From contig OZ024741.1 in the NCBI GenBank assembly GCA_964016885.1, forward strand, positions 336,226,001 to 336,290,000: DNA of 64,000 nt, written 5' to 3'. The DNA is from Eledone cirrhosa (taxonomy: Eukaryota). Shown piece after piece: positions 27,780 through 40,392 of the stretch (position 1 is the first letter of the stretch; each line of letters starts with the position of its first letter). The notes beneath the pieces were generated by a model that saw only the letters and a program-made list of their open reading frames with translations, did not search any database and was not told the origin of the DNA. The translations under genes and the position numbers were made by a program.

Positions 27780-28152
27780 TGGTACTGCTGAGCTCCTCCA
27801 CAAATCGAAATATCAGCAGTCCATCTGAGGTAGGAGCTCTGCGAGGTGGGTTGGCTGTTGCAGCGGGTGCCACTGACCATTGCCCACAGAAATGCTTTTG
27901 CAGTCTTGTCCGCAGAGCACAGCCCCAACACCACTGTGCTCTAGGCCCAGAGGCCCCCTTCCATTCTTCAGTGACACAAGAGCCCTTGTTTTTCCCTTCC
28001 TTTTCCGTTTTTAAATATTTGTAGTGATTTGTGTATATATACGTTTCTATTAACTATACTCCCCTCTTCCCGTAAGAAGTTATTTGTAATGTTATTTATA
28101 TAACTGTGAATAATAAACTCCTTTATTTATATTACAAAAAAAAAAAAAAAAA
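27780..28152 (+). mobile_element. 3' end of a CRE-like non-LTR retrotransposon with poly(A)
   Basis: 27843-27944 reads EVGWLLQRVPLTIAHRNAFAVL...*, resembling the QR(I/L)SxAIQRGNAxx(I/V)L C-terminal motif of CRE-clade elements; AATAAA at 28112 and A-run at 28136-28152. Confidence 0.6.
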
Positions 28153-28452
28153 TTAAGTTAAAATCTAATATATTTTTCTGTACATTATTTTCTATATTTT
28201 TAGAATTAACTTCTAATATATATGTGCATCTTTTTACCATAATGTTTGCTACCTAAATATTCAGGGGTTAACTATATCTCATTGTCTTTCTGGTGGACAC
28301 AAATCCCATAGAAAATTGAATTAAATTAAGAAAACTACATAACTTAAACATGTAACGCTTACAATCCTATTCGAGCCTTTGGAATTAAATGTTGAATAGA
28401 AATGTTATGTAGACCAAAGGTTTCTAAACAATATGTTGGCATAATCTGCCAG

Positions 28453-28641
28453 TATAAGGGTTGGCTGAAAAGTTCATAGACTGACAAAGATATTCTCATG
28501 GAATGACCAAATGAGGTTTATCTTTCAATATAGTCCCTGAAAAAAAAACAATGTCATTATTAATAAGAAGAGTTGAAATTAATGCATGCAAGATTTCACA
28601 GCTCTTACATAGTCAGCCTATGAACTTTTCAGTTGACCCTC
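28453..28641. mobile_element. Tc1/mariner-type MITE, third copy
   Basis: Same TIRs and body as 20667-20868 with a small internal deletion. Confidence 0.8.
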
Positions 28642-29618
28642 AGTTTTTCTGAATATTTGGCTTTTGAGTATATTTGAGGTCTGACAACTCTCTGTACAAT
28701 TGTATGTATGGGCCCATGACTTCTGATGGAGCTATCAGTATGTATTGGTCACTTTAAACTTAGCAGAGCCCCTCCCCTCTCTGGGTTTCAGCACAGCTGA
28801 TTTCTTCCAGAGGTGGAGAGAGGGAGAGAGAATTGACTCCAGTACTAAATTGGTATTTTTTTATAGACCTCAAAGAATGAAAGGCAAAGTTGACCTCATG
28901 GGCCTCTGTTTTGTTCTATGGGTCTATGACAGAATTTTTGTTCTCTGGGCATATGAGATATCTTTTTTCTTTAGCGCTATGACATCTTTTGTTCACTAAG
29001 CCTATGACAGATTTGTCAGCTGAACATCCCTTTGTAGTTATTGCATATAATGGATGATATTCATCAATCATTTGCTTAATTCATAGAAACATATAGAAGT
29101 GTAATTGGTTACAAAACTGTTACCAACCACCACAATACATTCATTCAAATTTAAGTGCAGAATTTATTACCATGTTCTTCATTGGAAGGATATGGATTAA
29201 TCATTCCACTATCATATTTCTAATGAAATACACTCTGTTTCACTTAATTAATGATGAATTTGGGGGGGATTTATTAAAATATTAATTGTTTCATTACTAA
29301 AATAATAACTTAGCATATGGATCTCATATAAAATGTTATTTGAAAATTTTAACTTAAATCAAATCCAATGCCTTCTCACTCCTATTGGAAGAGCCTCTCT
29401 CTGGTTGACCTCTACTGCTATTTTTGGTTTTGGTCATGTAGGGGTGTAGCCACACTAACCAGGTTTGGCCAATTTTGGGATAGTGAGGCAATTTAACCCA
29501 TAGTTAGGGTGGATGGCCATTGACTGAAGTGTTCATCACTCTTTTAACAGCTCTTGTTTTTTTTTTGTTGTGTTGCTAGTCTTCCACTTACCCGCCTCAA
29601 CAGACCAGGTTCTGCTGG

Positions 29619-29915
29619 GGGAGCTAGTTTAGTTACCAACCACTCCACTGTGAAGCAGGTTACACTGGTTTACATGGTACCAGTGGCAGACTGAAGCCTG
29701 ACGTGACTAAATCAGGGTCTGATGAGGGAGCCAGTTTAGATACTGACCACTTGACCATGAAGCAGGTTGTACTGGCTTACATCGTACCAGTGGCAGACAG
29801 AAGCCTGACCTGACTAAATCAGGGTCTGATGAGGGAGCCAGTTTAGTCACCGACCAATAAACCATGCAGCATGTTGTACTGGGTTACATGGTACCAGTAG
29901 CAGACAGAAGCCTGA
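29619..29915. repeat. ~3 copies of a 107-bp GC-richer unit
   Basis: GGGAGCYAGTTTAG recurs at ~29619, 29726 and 29833. Confidence 0.85.
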
Positions 29916-30184
29916 TCCAACCACAACTTAAATAGTAACTATTTAAAATGAGTAGTCATGTTTCATAGAACCAGAGCTGGTTTTGGCTGGGTTGGTATCA
30001 AAAAGGGATAGGTTATGATGAAATGTTTATTTCATTAAAAAAAAAATTTCTTTAGACGCTTTTTGAAATCTAATAGAGTCCATCTTATCTGCTTCATTTG
30101 CTATTTTTTGGTGTTTTGTTTGTTTGTTTGTCAGTTTTTTTTGTTTTGTTTTGTTTTATATTGTTTTATTTTCACTGTACACAG

Positions 30185-30344
30185 ATATGTGTTCAAATGA
30201 ACACTGGTATTTCTACATGTGAAAAAGCTAAAGAAAGAGCAATCTGTGCCCCTTACCATTACAGTGTGAAGTCCACAGTATCTTGTGCTGATGCTGGCTG
30301 CAGCTTGAACGAAGGCAACACTGCAGTTTACGAAGAAGTTAAAG
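30185..30344 (+). CDS. Probable cytoplasmic-domain exon of an upstream protocadherin (penultimate coding exon)
   Basis: Long T-rich tract then ACAG| acceptor; open frame ICVQMNTG...SCADAGCSLNEGNTAVYEEVK; donor AAAG|GTATTT; phase 0 in, phase 1 out; joins in frame to 34850. Confidence 0.7.
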
Positions 30345-30454
30345 GTATTTATTTTATTTATTTATTTATCTTGTCTTGGCTTTACCAACTCATTCTGTCT
30401 TAGCTCCATAGCAGTTTCTTGTGTCCAAAATCAAAATCCCAAATCCAGGACCCT

Positions 30455-30775
30455 CTCACTCCTATTGAAGGAACCTCTCCCTGGTTGACTGCCAGCGCTT
30501 CATATCTCTGGCCATATTGGGCCATGTAAGGCCGAGGTATTGGGTCAGATGATTTCACTATCTTGCCTTTGACCAGCCTCTAGTTTGCCATCAATATTTG
30601 CCCTTCATGATGGTCTCGATTATGTCCTTCACACCAGTCTGCTGTCAAATCCAGGTGTTATTCTTCCCATCCTGTAAAGTGATACTGAGCTTGATTTACT
30701 CCATTTTATATTGGGCAAGAGTCTCTACAGTAGTGATGTTGAGTGCCCACGTCTCATTTCCATATGTCATCAGCA
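30455..30775 (-). mobile_element. Decayed LINE (RTE-like) C-terminal fragment
   Basis: Minus strand reads YGNETWALN..., comparable to HGSETWAL in the better-preserved RTE ORF; stops follow. Confidence 0.5.
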
Positions 30776-30900
30776 TATCTTGTGACGCATGCATATATTT
30801 CATATAAACAAACACACATGCATGCACACACACACACATATACTCACACACACACACACACACACACACTCATGTATATATGTGTATATGTGTATAATAG

Positions 30901-31048
30901 AGAGTTAGTTCGACAACAAATTAGCAAACCATACTCGAGGACACATGTTTCACTGAGCAGATTTTCAACCTGTGTATAGCTTGAAAATCCTCTCAGTGAA
31001 ACACGTCTCCTTGAGTATGGTTTGCTAATTTGTTGTAGAACTAACTCT
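30901..31048. repeat. Long imperfect palindrome (~70-bp arms)
   Basis: AGAGTTAGTTCGACAACAAATTAGCAAACCATACTC ... GAGTATGGTTTGCTAATTTGTTGTAGAACTAACTCT. Confidence 0.9.
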
Positions 31049-31580
31049 ATACTGAACTTGTCCTCTGGACTGAGTGTTCTATTTACTTATTGAGACCTCT
31101 CTGGATATTGGTCTTTGCATTTATTATTATATGTACACACACACACACATACACACACACATTGTTTGCAAGTTTAGAAAAGCATGAATTGATGGTGATG
31201 GTAATAATATTGGTTATTGTTGTATTTGTCTTGGAAGTAGTGATGTTTTATGTTGTTGTTGTTTAATTGCAAACCTTTCCTGATCAAGTATGGCTATAAT
31301 AAACAGCATGCTAATTATAAGAATTCCATCTTATGACAGGCATAATACATCTAGAACTACATTATCCTTCTCTTTTTAAATATGCTGTGAGGGAGATGTG
31401 GCTGCTTTTTCTTGCATTTCTGGCTTGCATGTGACCATATGCAATAGTAGTTTGTATTGTTCAGTTGCTTGTAACCTTTGATTAGCTTTGCTCAAATCGA
31501 TGTCTGAGAAATATGACCAATCACATACTTTAGAGTGATCCACCTTTCTAGCAATATGGAGTCTATTCCTTTGTTTTACC

Positions 31581-32537
31581 TTATCCCTTTCATCACCATA
31601 TTTATAATGAAAGACACTGTTTATGCCTTTAACTCTTTTATTATCATATTTCTAATGAAAGACACTGCCTATGTCATTAACCCATTTATTACCATATTTC
31701 TAACAAAAGTTACTGTTTATGTTTTTAACCATTTTATTACCATATTTTTTATGAAAGACACTGCCTATGTTTTAAAACTTTTTATTACCATATTTCTTAT
31801 GAAAGAGACTGAAGTTTTTAACCTTTTTATTACCATATTTCTAATTAAAAACACTGTCTGTGTCTTTAACACTTTCATTACCATATTTTTAATAAAAGAC
31901 ACTGTCTATGTTTTTAACCCTTTTAATACCATATTTCTAATAAAAGATACTGTCTATGTCTTTAACGCTTTCATTACCATATTTCTAATGATAGACACAG
32001 TCCATGTGTTTAACCCTTCCATTACTATATTTGTAATGAAAGACATTGCTTATGGCATTAGCCCTTTCATTACCGTACTTTTACTGAATGATATTGCCTG
32101 TGTCTTTAACCATTTAATTACCATGTTTTTAATGAAAGACACTGCCTATGGTTTAAAAACAAATTGACAATAATCTAGAATTTGACAGCCTTTAGTAATA
32201 TAAATAACTTTCTCATTATTACGCAGGTATTTGGAACATAACATAACAAAGGTTCTTAAATAAAATTATGATGGAAGGTTTTTAGATAAATATAAGCATT
32301 TAACCCTTTTATTTCCATATGAAAAACACTGCCAAAATCTTTCAAATAATTTTGAAAATAATTAAGAATTTAGAGGGTTTTAGTAATATAAATAGCTTTC
32401 TAATTATTAAGTTGATATTTGGAACATAACTTAACAAAGATTCTTATCTAGTATTTTGATAGAAGGTATTTAGATATATTTTTATAAACACCATAAAACA
32501 AACATGGTTTGTTTGAGATGGTTTGATCAAAGGGTTA
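31581..32537 (+). mobile_element. piggyBac-type MITE copies with the left end amplified as ~12 x 48-bp repeats (31581-~32155)
   Basis: Unit TTAACCCTTTYATTACCATATTTCTAATGAAAGACACTGYCTATGTYT matches the left end of 20404-20658; the block ends AAAGGG|TTAA at 32537. Confidence 0.75.
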
Positions 32538-32999
32538 AACACTCCATTATAAGTTGGTTTTGTGAGAACTACATGGTGATCAGAATATGTTTCTTCGATG
32601 TTTTGCTGTAAGATTTATTTTATGAATTTATTGCTTTTACCAGTTGGCATTAAAAACAAGATGTAGTATGAACTGCAGTGTGTTTATTTTTCCAAAATTG
32701 GAATTAGCTGATATTATTAGAGTTAGCTCCCTTGTTTGTTGGTCCATCATAATTTTATATAAGAACATTTGTTATGTTCCAAACACCAACTTCAATATGA
32801 AAAATTATGATGGAAGACTTTTTAGATAAATATAAATAATTTAAAACAAATAGTTTTGTATTGTTGAGCTAGTGTGTGTAGTTAGTTATCAGATTGGTAA
32901 AATAATGATTCCCAGTTGCTATAACTATCTCAAAATGTGTACCTGAAATTCTGTGGGATAAAATTGAGAAAACTTTAGTCATATTATCATGCATTCTCA

Positions 33000-33590
33000 T
33001 CATCCTGCGGTGGAGGGTGCTCTGAGAGCATAATAGCTAGAATAAGGATAGTATAGAAAAGGTTTAGAGAACTACTCCCACTGTTGACAACAAAAGGTTT
33101 CTCCCCACGTGCAAAAGGACAACTGTATGATGCCTGTATGCAAAGTGCAATGTTGCATGGTAGTGAAACAGGGACTTTGCCTGCTGAGGACATGTGTGGA
33201 CTCAAGAGAAATGATGCAACCATGTTTTGTTGGATGTGCCATATAAATGTAAGAGAAAGGTAGAGCTTGTTTGTTCTAAGGGAGAAACTTGGTTTAAGAG
33301 GAATCTGAAGTAGCATGCAAGAGAGAAAGCATCATTGGTATGGATATGTAATGTGCATGGATGATGATCACTAGGTGAAGAAGTGCCAGGAAATGCCAGT
33401 GGAAAGAAGCTGAAGTAGAAGTAGACTAAGAAAGACTTGGGCAGAGGAGGAAAATGCTAATCTCAAATCACTGAAACTCACAGAGGAGATGACGAATAAA
33501 TGCAGTGAGTGGAGAGATACAGTGCTGAAAAGGACCCATCCAACCCAAGCAGGCATGGAAAAAATTGATATAAAAATGACGATAATGATC
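33000..33590 (+). mobile_element. Decayed RTE LINE 3' fragment with 3' tail
   Basis: Homologous to the GGGCSE..R, LYDAC..AMLHGSET and RWYGHVMRM parts of the RTE ORF, with frameshifts and stops; ends CCATCCAACCCAAGCAGGCATGGAAAAA..AAAATGAC GAT AAT GAT. Confidence 0.8.
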
Positions 33591-33752
33591 ATGTTTAACG
33601 TCTGTTTTCCTTGTTTGTATGAGTTAGATGGCTTATCACATACTGAGGCTTGACTGCTTAGGTGACTATGTCCTGCTGCATTCCATTTTTGGCTTTGTTT
33701 CTATGATTGGATACCCTTCCTAACACGAACCACTTTACAGTGTATATTGGGA
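33588..33752 (-). mobile_element. Decayed RTE-tail element, tail-to-tail with the preceding copy
   Basis: Similar to 60690-60860; its reverse complement contains GTGTTAGGAAGGGTATCCAATCATAGAAAC. Confidence 0.65.
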
Positions 33753-34849
33753 ATATATTATTATCACTCTAGCGCTACTACTTGACTTTAAACTCTCTAA
33801 ATTATTAGTGTTTGAGATATTCCCAAACATTTAGTATATACTTTCCAATTTATTTTTTTTGTGGGGAATATGCAAACATATTTTCTCATACATTTTTGTA
33901 ATAAATTATATTTAATGCCCAGAACCATCCAAATTGTTTACCAGATTCAGGTACTGCATGTGGTTATATTAAAACTAAAACATCAACATTTCAGTAAAGA
34001 AAAAAACAAAATGACAAGATATCTTAGAAGATTTAGTCAAATGTATATTTTCCCTAAATAAAGTACAAAGATCATTTGGTGTAAAACATATGAGTCTGCA
34101 CTCATGATGGATTTTATAAATGTAAATTTATAAAAATATTTCTCTTTAAAGACATTTTATATAATTCCATTCTGAACATTGAATGGACTAAGAATAGAAT
34201 TCCTTAATGTATATAAAATATATGAAACAGTTATAAGAATACATTATTTTGTAATTTAATTATCTACAATGTTTATAAAAGATTTTAATAAATGGATTCA
34301 GTAAAATAAATTAATCTTAATTATTAATCATGTACAGATTATTTCAAAGAGATCATGGAATTTGCTTGCCAACTATAACTTATGATTCCTTCAGTTTGTC
34401 TTTTAATCAAAGAACTTTCTTCATCTATTACAAATTTTTCATGTATTACATAGCTAAGATTAGATACTAACTAATCATTAATAAACCATAAAAGGCCATT
34501 TATTATATATTATTTATTTATTATTGTAGAAAAGTTCAATGTTATAATAAAAGATTTCTCTTTTAATTTTCATTATTTTCCAGTTAAACTATCTTCTTGT
34601 TTCAATATCTGCCTGCCTGGAAGCTGAGGTTATTGACTTTTAATTTAATTTATTTAAAACAATGACATTTTATTTATTTATTTATTTATTGTATTTCTAC
34701 AGTAAAATTTATTTGCTGCTGGTCTTTGTTTTTCTCCTTTTGCTGTTCAGCATTTAATGCTATTTATTTATTTTCTTTTTGTTTGTTTTCAAAATTTTAA
34801 ACTTGCTTCTTTTCTTCTTTTTTTTCTTCTCACCTTTGCTTTTCTTCAG

Positions 34850-35139
34850 GCACTAAGATTTGCCAGCCAGAGCTGCTTCCGACTTCAGGTAGGAGGTCTT
34901 TAAAACAAACACTCACTAGGGCAAAGAATACTAATGGTGGCACTACCAGAACTTCCTACAAATATAAAATGGGTCAAAATTCTCATTGCAATGATATTAT
35001 TGATTTGAAATCATCTCAAATCTGTAGTAATGATGCTAACACAAAACTACAAATATGGAATCTACCAACAAGAAACAGTTTTACATCATATGCAAAACCA
35101 CTACCTGCTGTACCAATTCACCATATTCCTAAATCTTAA
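34850..35139 (+). CDS. Probable terminal coding exon of the upstream protocadherin
   Basis: Strong polypyrimidine tract then TTCAG|. Phase-1 open frame GTKICQPELLPTSGRR...WNLPTRNSFTSYAKPLPAVPIHHIPKS* with TAA at 35137-35139; AATAAA at ~35226. The KPLPAVP-type ending resembles octopus Pcdh C-termini as recalled. Confidence 0.72.
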
Positions 35140-36949
35140 TGTAGGTACTTCCCTGCAGAGTTTTGGTTAACTTTAAAATAGCATATCACACAGTGACTGC
35201 TAAAGTTAAAAAAAAAAAATGTCAAAATAAAAAAAGTAATTTTTCATATAGGAAATCAATCTTAGAATGAAGCATACTTGATATTAACTGAGAACAAAAT
35301 TCATCTATGTGACATACAGTGATTGCCAAAGCATTTTTCATATATAAATCCCCATCCCAACCCTACATTAAAAATACAACAAATACAGACAACATTCTCA
35401 GATCAATAACAGAATTTTAATGTGCTACATCATAATATTTCTCCAATTGAAAATAAGATTGTTTAAATAATTACTACTTAACATTTATGTTTATTAATTT
35501 GATTTTGATTTTTAAAACTGTGTTAAAAGTCAACTTAATAAAATATAGGTGGAAAGTCAAAAGAATATTCAAGCCAATTTGGTAGAAAAAAAGTATCTGT
35601 TTGAGATTTAAGATGTTTGTTTTCATTGAATTGCTTATGAAGGACTAACCATAATTTTGAATACTAGGCAAAGAAATATAAAGAAAGTTAGGTTTTAATT
35701 CCTTCTCAATATTGCACTACCCTAACCAAATGGGTTGGAGTGGGGTGAGGGTCATACATGATTCTTCTCTTCAAACTAGTTCAACACAATAAGTACTTAA
35801 ACCAAAATGTCATCTAAAATATATCTAAAAAGACAGACATTCGATAAGCTCACATTCAAACACATAGCTTGCTTTGAATTTCCAACCATTACTTGAAATT
35901 ACAGGGATAAAAACTGAACTAAAACCAAAACAAAGACTATTCTTTAATACGAAAACATTCTTCAATGTTTTATTACAATAGATGTTACTGCTGTCTTTTC
36001 CTTTTCTTTTGCTTTCCTGAATTTTTATTTTCATATGACTGATATTCAAATTGAATTTACTCTGTGATTGTATTTTTTTTTAACTCTAAATTTGATTTAA
36101 TGTTGCAATTCTTTTGATATTATTTCCAAAACTACTGATACTTATATTTACATTTAACATCATTTCTAGATACTGAATTTCTCTGTAGTTTATTTTGAGA
36201 TACAAATTTTTAGGAAAATTGCATACCTTTCATTTTTACTTTGTACATAGCAAATTCTTTTTGAAGCAAATATTATTGTATGTATGTCTGTTTACGGATA
36301 TCTAATTTATTTTCTATTAAAAATTGTCATCGACTAACACAGTTTTCTATGGAATTTTTCAGTGTGTATAATGTGCAATATTTTCCATCTCTTTAACAAA
36401 ACAAATCTTATTTTTCCTCCATTTTTGAAGTGGGAACAACATAATCATTTTTTTAGAGTTATAACACTATGGTGCACCTACCCATATTTCCTATTGTTTA
36501 ACATTTAGTTTAATTAATATGTGCTACTATCATTAATTGAGTGTGTAACTGTTCTTTATTTAGGCAGAATAAAATTAATTAGTGTTGTGCGTTCATCAAG
36601 GAATTTAATCAGAAGCTCTAGGTATAATCAAAGATTAGTTTTGTTCGTTATGAAATTGTATAGATTTCGTCACTAGTTATTAAAACTAAAAAATAGACCT
36701 CAATAATGACTATTTAGTAAAACAATAAACTCCTGGGCTGTTTTGAAGTAAAATAGGCATTACTAATCTATTTAATCTTAGAAAATAATTAGGTTATTCT
36801 GGACATATGTTTAATTTGAAGATTGTCCCCCATTCAGCACAGTTTTTCCATTCAATATTCAGAACATTCCCCAGTTATTGTATTTTGATGTTATAAATTC
36901 ATCTTTCAAAATGATGAAAGTAGAGTGTTATGTTTTTGTTACTGAATAT

Positions 36950-37206
<257 letters not shown>

Positions 37207-37427
37207 GTGAAGGCGTGTGGCTGAGTGGTTAGAGTATTGGATTCACAATCGTGAGGTTGTGAGTTCGATTCCTGAACCAGGCGATGCGTTATGTCCTTGA
37301 GCAAGACACTTTATTTCACGTTGTTCCTTCTACCTGGAGTTGCGACCGATAGATAGTATTAGCAATTGGAAAGACCAACGGAAACATAGTTTCCTCGGTC
37401 CGATTTGACGAAAGTCGATCGACTAGA
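37207..37427 (+). mobile_element. tRNA-derived SINE with CORE-like segment
   Basis: A-box TGGCTGAGTGG (37218), B-box GAGTTCGATTCC (37261), then TGTCCTTGAGCAAGACACTTTATTTCAC; second copy at 59286-59490 on the minus strand. Confidence 0.85.
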
Positions 37428-39617
37428 ATATATATGTGTGTGTGTGTGTGTGTAAATCAATCATTGTCTTGTATTTCTAGTGTACCAATACAACATGTGT
37501 TATGAATAAATAAATACACAGTCATATCTAAATTTATTCAGTCTTTCTGTGAAAATAGGTACCATGAGGACAGTTTTGGCAGCTTGTGATAAGAAACATC
37601 GATCCTCAGCCCAAGCTGCCAAAACAAAATTCAAAAAAAGAGTGAATACATTTATGTATTTACTTTTGTCTTTAAACATTTAAGGTCATTTAGATCACTT
37701 TTGAGAGGTGTGAATTCTTCTACCTGTAACAATCTTGTGGTGTTTGTTTCTCTCTGGAGATTAAATAATGTTATGTGTTTAAGGTCGTACCAGAATAATT
37801 ATGATAATGTATGCCTGAGAGGCTTGTAATATCATAACTACATAGCTTTAGACAATTCTAATAACAATAAACACAAATATAAGGTAGCTTCTGAAAATGT
37901 TTTGTCACTAAATGAGTAAAATGTATTGTAGTTGATTACTTATACATTGACTTATCTTATTTGTTGTGTTTGTATCATAAAAGACAAGAATTTGAATACT
38001 AATATTTTTTATTGTTCTAGAGTCAGTTTCTTTCTTACCTGTTTCTGTCTAGCTTGATGTTTGTTTTAGTTAAATGACAGCATTTCTGTTAAATATATTC
38101 AGACTTGAATTTAGACAGGAGAGTAACAAAAGAAAAAAAAGTCTTGTTTGTTTTCAATGTTTTATGACATATAGAGACAATAGCGGTATCCTGAGTGGAA
38201 GGTAATGAGATTCCTAATTGTAAGAAGCAGACAGACATTGGAAATATTAATGAAAAAAAAAGGATTGGTTACATATTCTAAAGTCTGGACTATTGTCACT
38301 GTGATAGTTCATTAGAGTAGAAACTTGTTTATTCATTTGGAAAATTTCTGTGATGTATCTATTATAGTATGTTTTGAAGAAATCATTTTGTCATATTTGA
38401 GGAAACACTCAGTTGTTACAAATATAATTGCTCAGCGTCTATTCTATATGAAATATGATAATAATGATACTTTTTTTTAAAAGAGTTGATCGTTCAGAGC
38501 TAAAATTATTGCTGCTAATGTTGAGACTACATTTATTTTTATATGTTATTGTTCATTTTGAAGATTATTAACACTAGTGTAAAATGAAAACAGACAGTAA
38601 CAGAATAGAAAACACAGAATTTAATACATAACATAGCTGTGCATATTAAAGTCACCTTCATAGTGTCTAGTGTTTAGAGATAAGATTAGTTTCTAGATAG
38701 ATAATGCTAGCTTGATATTCAAATTGAAAATTGTGTTTAAAAGTCATCGTAGCAACATTCATTAAAAAGAAATTTAATATGAAGGAAGTAAAGCCGAGAA
38801 AGAAAAAGACAAGCAAGTTGAGAAGTTTAAGCTATTGTTAGCTCTATATATTTTTAGCAACACCCTCATAATTAATGTATATCCTAAAATATCATTATCC
38901 ATTCCTCTTGCCTATTTTAATGAACATAATACCTGGATCCTGCAATGAAATTTTCTTTTAATTACACACGGGTTACTAATATGGTTCTGACCAATTAATG
39001 GAAGTTGGCAGACTGAAATAACATCAGTGATAATTTTATCTATTTTTAACTTATTTAATGAAATTCATTACTTTTATTTAATTACAAAGTACTGAGCAAG
39101 GGGTAATTACAATTTTGAACAATATATCAGACTAGTTAAACCAAACCGTATCTGAAAATATTTCAAGACCTCAGAATTTCAAATCATTTTTGGCACATTC
39201 ACAAGATACACAAGAAATAAAAAAAAAAAGAAACCACATACACAATAAAAAAAAAGAAACGATGGTAGTTGATTATAAAATATAAATAAAAAAATTATTG
39301 GAGGGGGGTGTTTGAGACTGGTAAAAGCTGCTGTCAAAACCTTATGACACATCTTGCACAAACAGTATTAAAAGCACACAGTTTGTGGCATATTTGTGAT
39401 GTGCTAAGCTGGAAAATACCTATTTCTAAATATTTCTAATGCTTTGCTTGCTATTAAGACAGTATAGAATTTTAGCATAGATTATTTTCTTTATTCTTTT
39501 CTTTCTTTGTTATAATTGTGGTGTGATTTTTTGAGAGGTAGAGAGATTTATAATTTGTTATTTAGTTATATATTTTATCAGCTCTGTCAGAAATATAACA
39601 AAATGATTTTTTGGGTT

Positions 39618-39886
39618 GTGTGTATAAATGTGTGTATGTGTATATGTTGTGTATGTATATGTGCATATGTATATGAGTATGTGTGCATGTATGTATGTGT
39701 GTATGTATGTATATGTGTATGTATGAGTATCTGTGTGTATGTATGTGTGCATGCATGTGTATGTATTTATGCATGTATGAGTATGTATGTGGGAATGTGT
39801 GTATGAATGTATGTGTATGTATGTGTTTGTGTATGTATGTGTATATATGTGTATGTGTATCTATGTATGTATATCTGTATGTGTGT
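39618..39886. repeat. (TG/TATG)n microsatellite
   Basis: Degenerate TGTA/TG repeats. Confidence 0.9.
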
Positions 39887-40392
39887 CTTATACACTTGCA
39901 ACCAGACCCTCTGTGAGTTCAGATGCTAATGCATTGTATTGGCAAAGTAAAGTATTAAAATAATTGCCATAGTTGAAGATAGCAGAAGTGAAGTGAAGAT
40001 ACTTGCTCTAACAAATATATGCAATTACCCAATGTTTGCAGGAATATACAACCCTATGCTAAACAACATACAGAAATAAATGCCATCATTGGTGAAATTT
40101 TGATTGCTAATTTGAGAATGCCTATTACAGAAAATAGCAGTTTGTCATATTGTTGCAAAGCCTCAAGGAGAGAGAGAGAGTTATGGTTGATTAAATGAAC
40201 CCAAATACATGACTAATATGTATTCCATCGATCTCTGTTTGTTGAACTACTAAGTTACAGTTTTAATATGGATCGATACAATATAACATTTGTTTACATT
40301 AGAAAACATACACATGTGCTCATACACACACATACACACACACATATATATATTTAAAGAGAGAGAAGGAGCTGCATCAATATATATATAGC

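Noticed and set aside
29715-29840. Hammerhead at CTGATGAG in the 107-bp repeat
   Set aside because: No stem II followed by GAAA.
31535-32167. 210-aa repetitive membrane protein
   Set aside because: Product of a 48-bp MITE-derived tandem repeat.
37207-37285. tRNA gene (also 59415-59490)
   Set aside because: A/B boxes continue into a SINE body present twice in the window; no clean cloverleaf or terminator.
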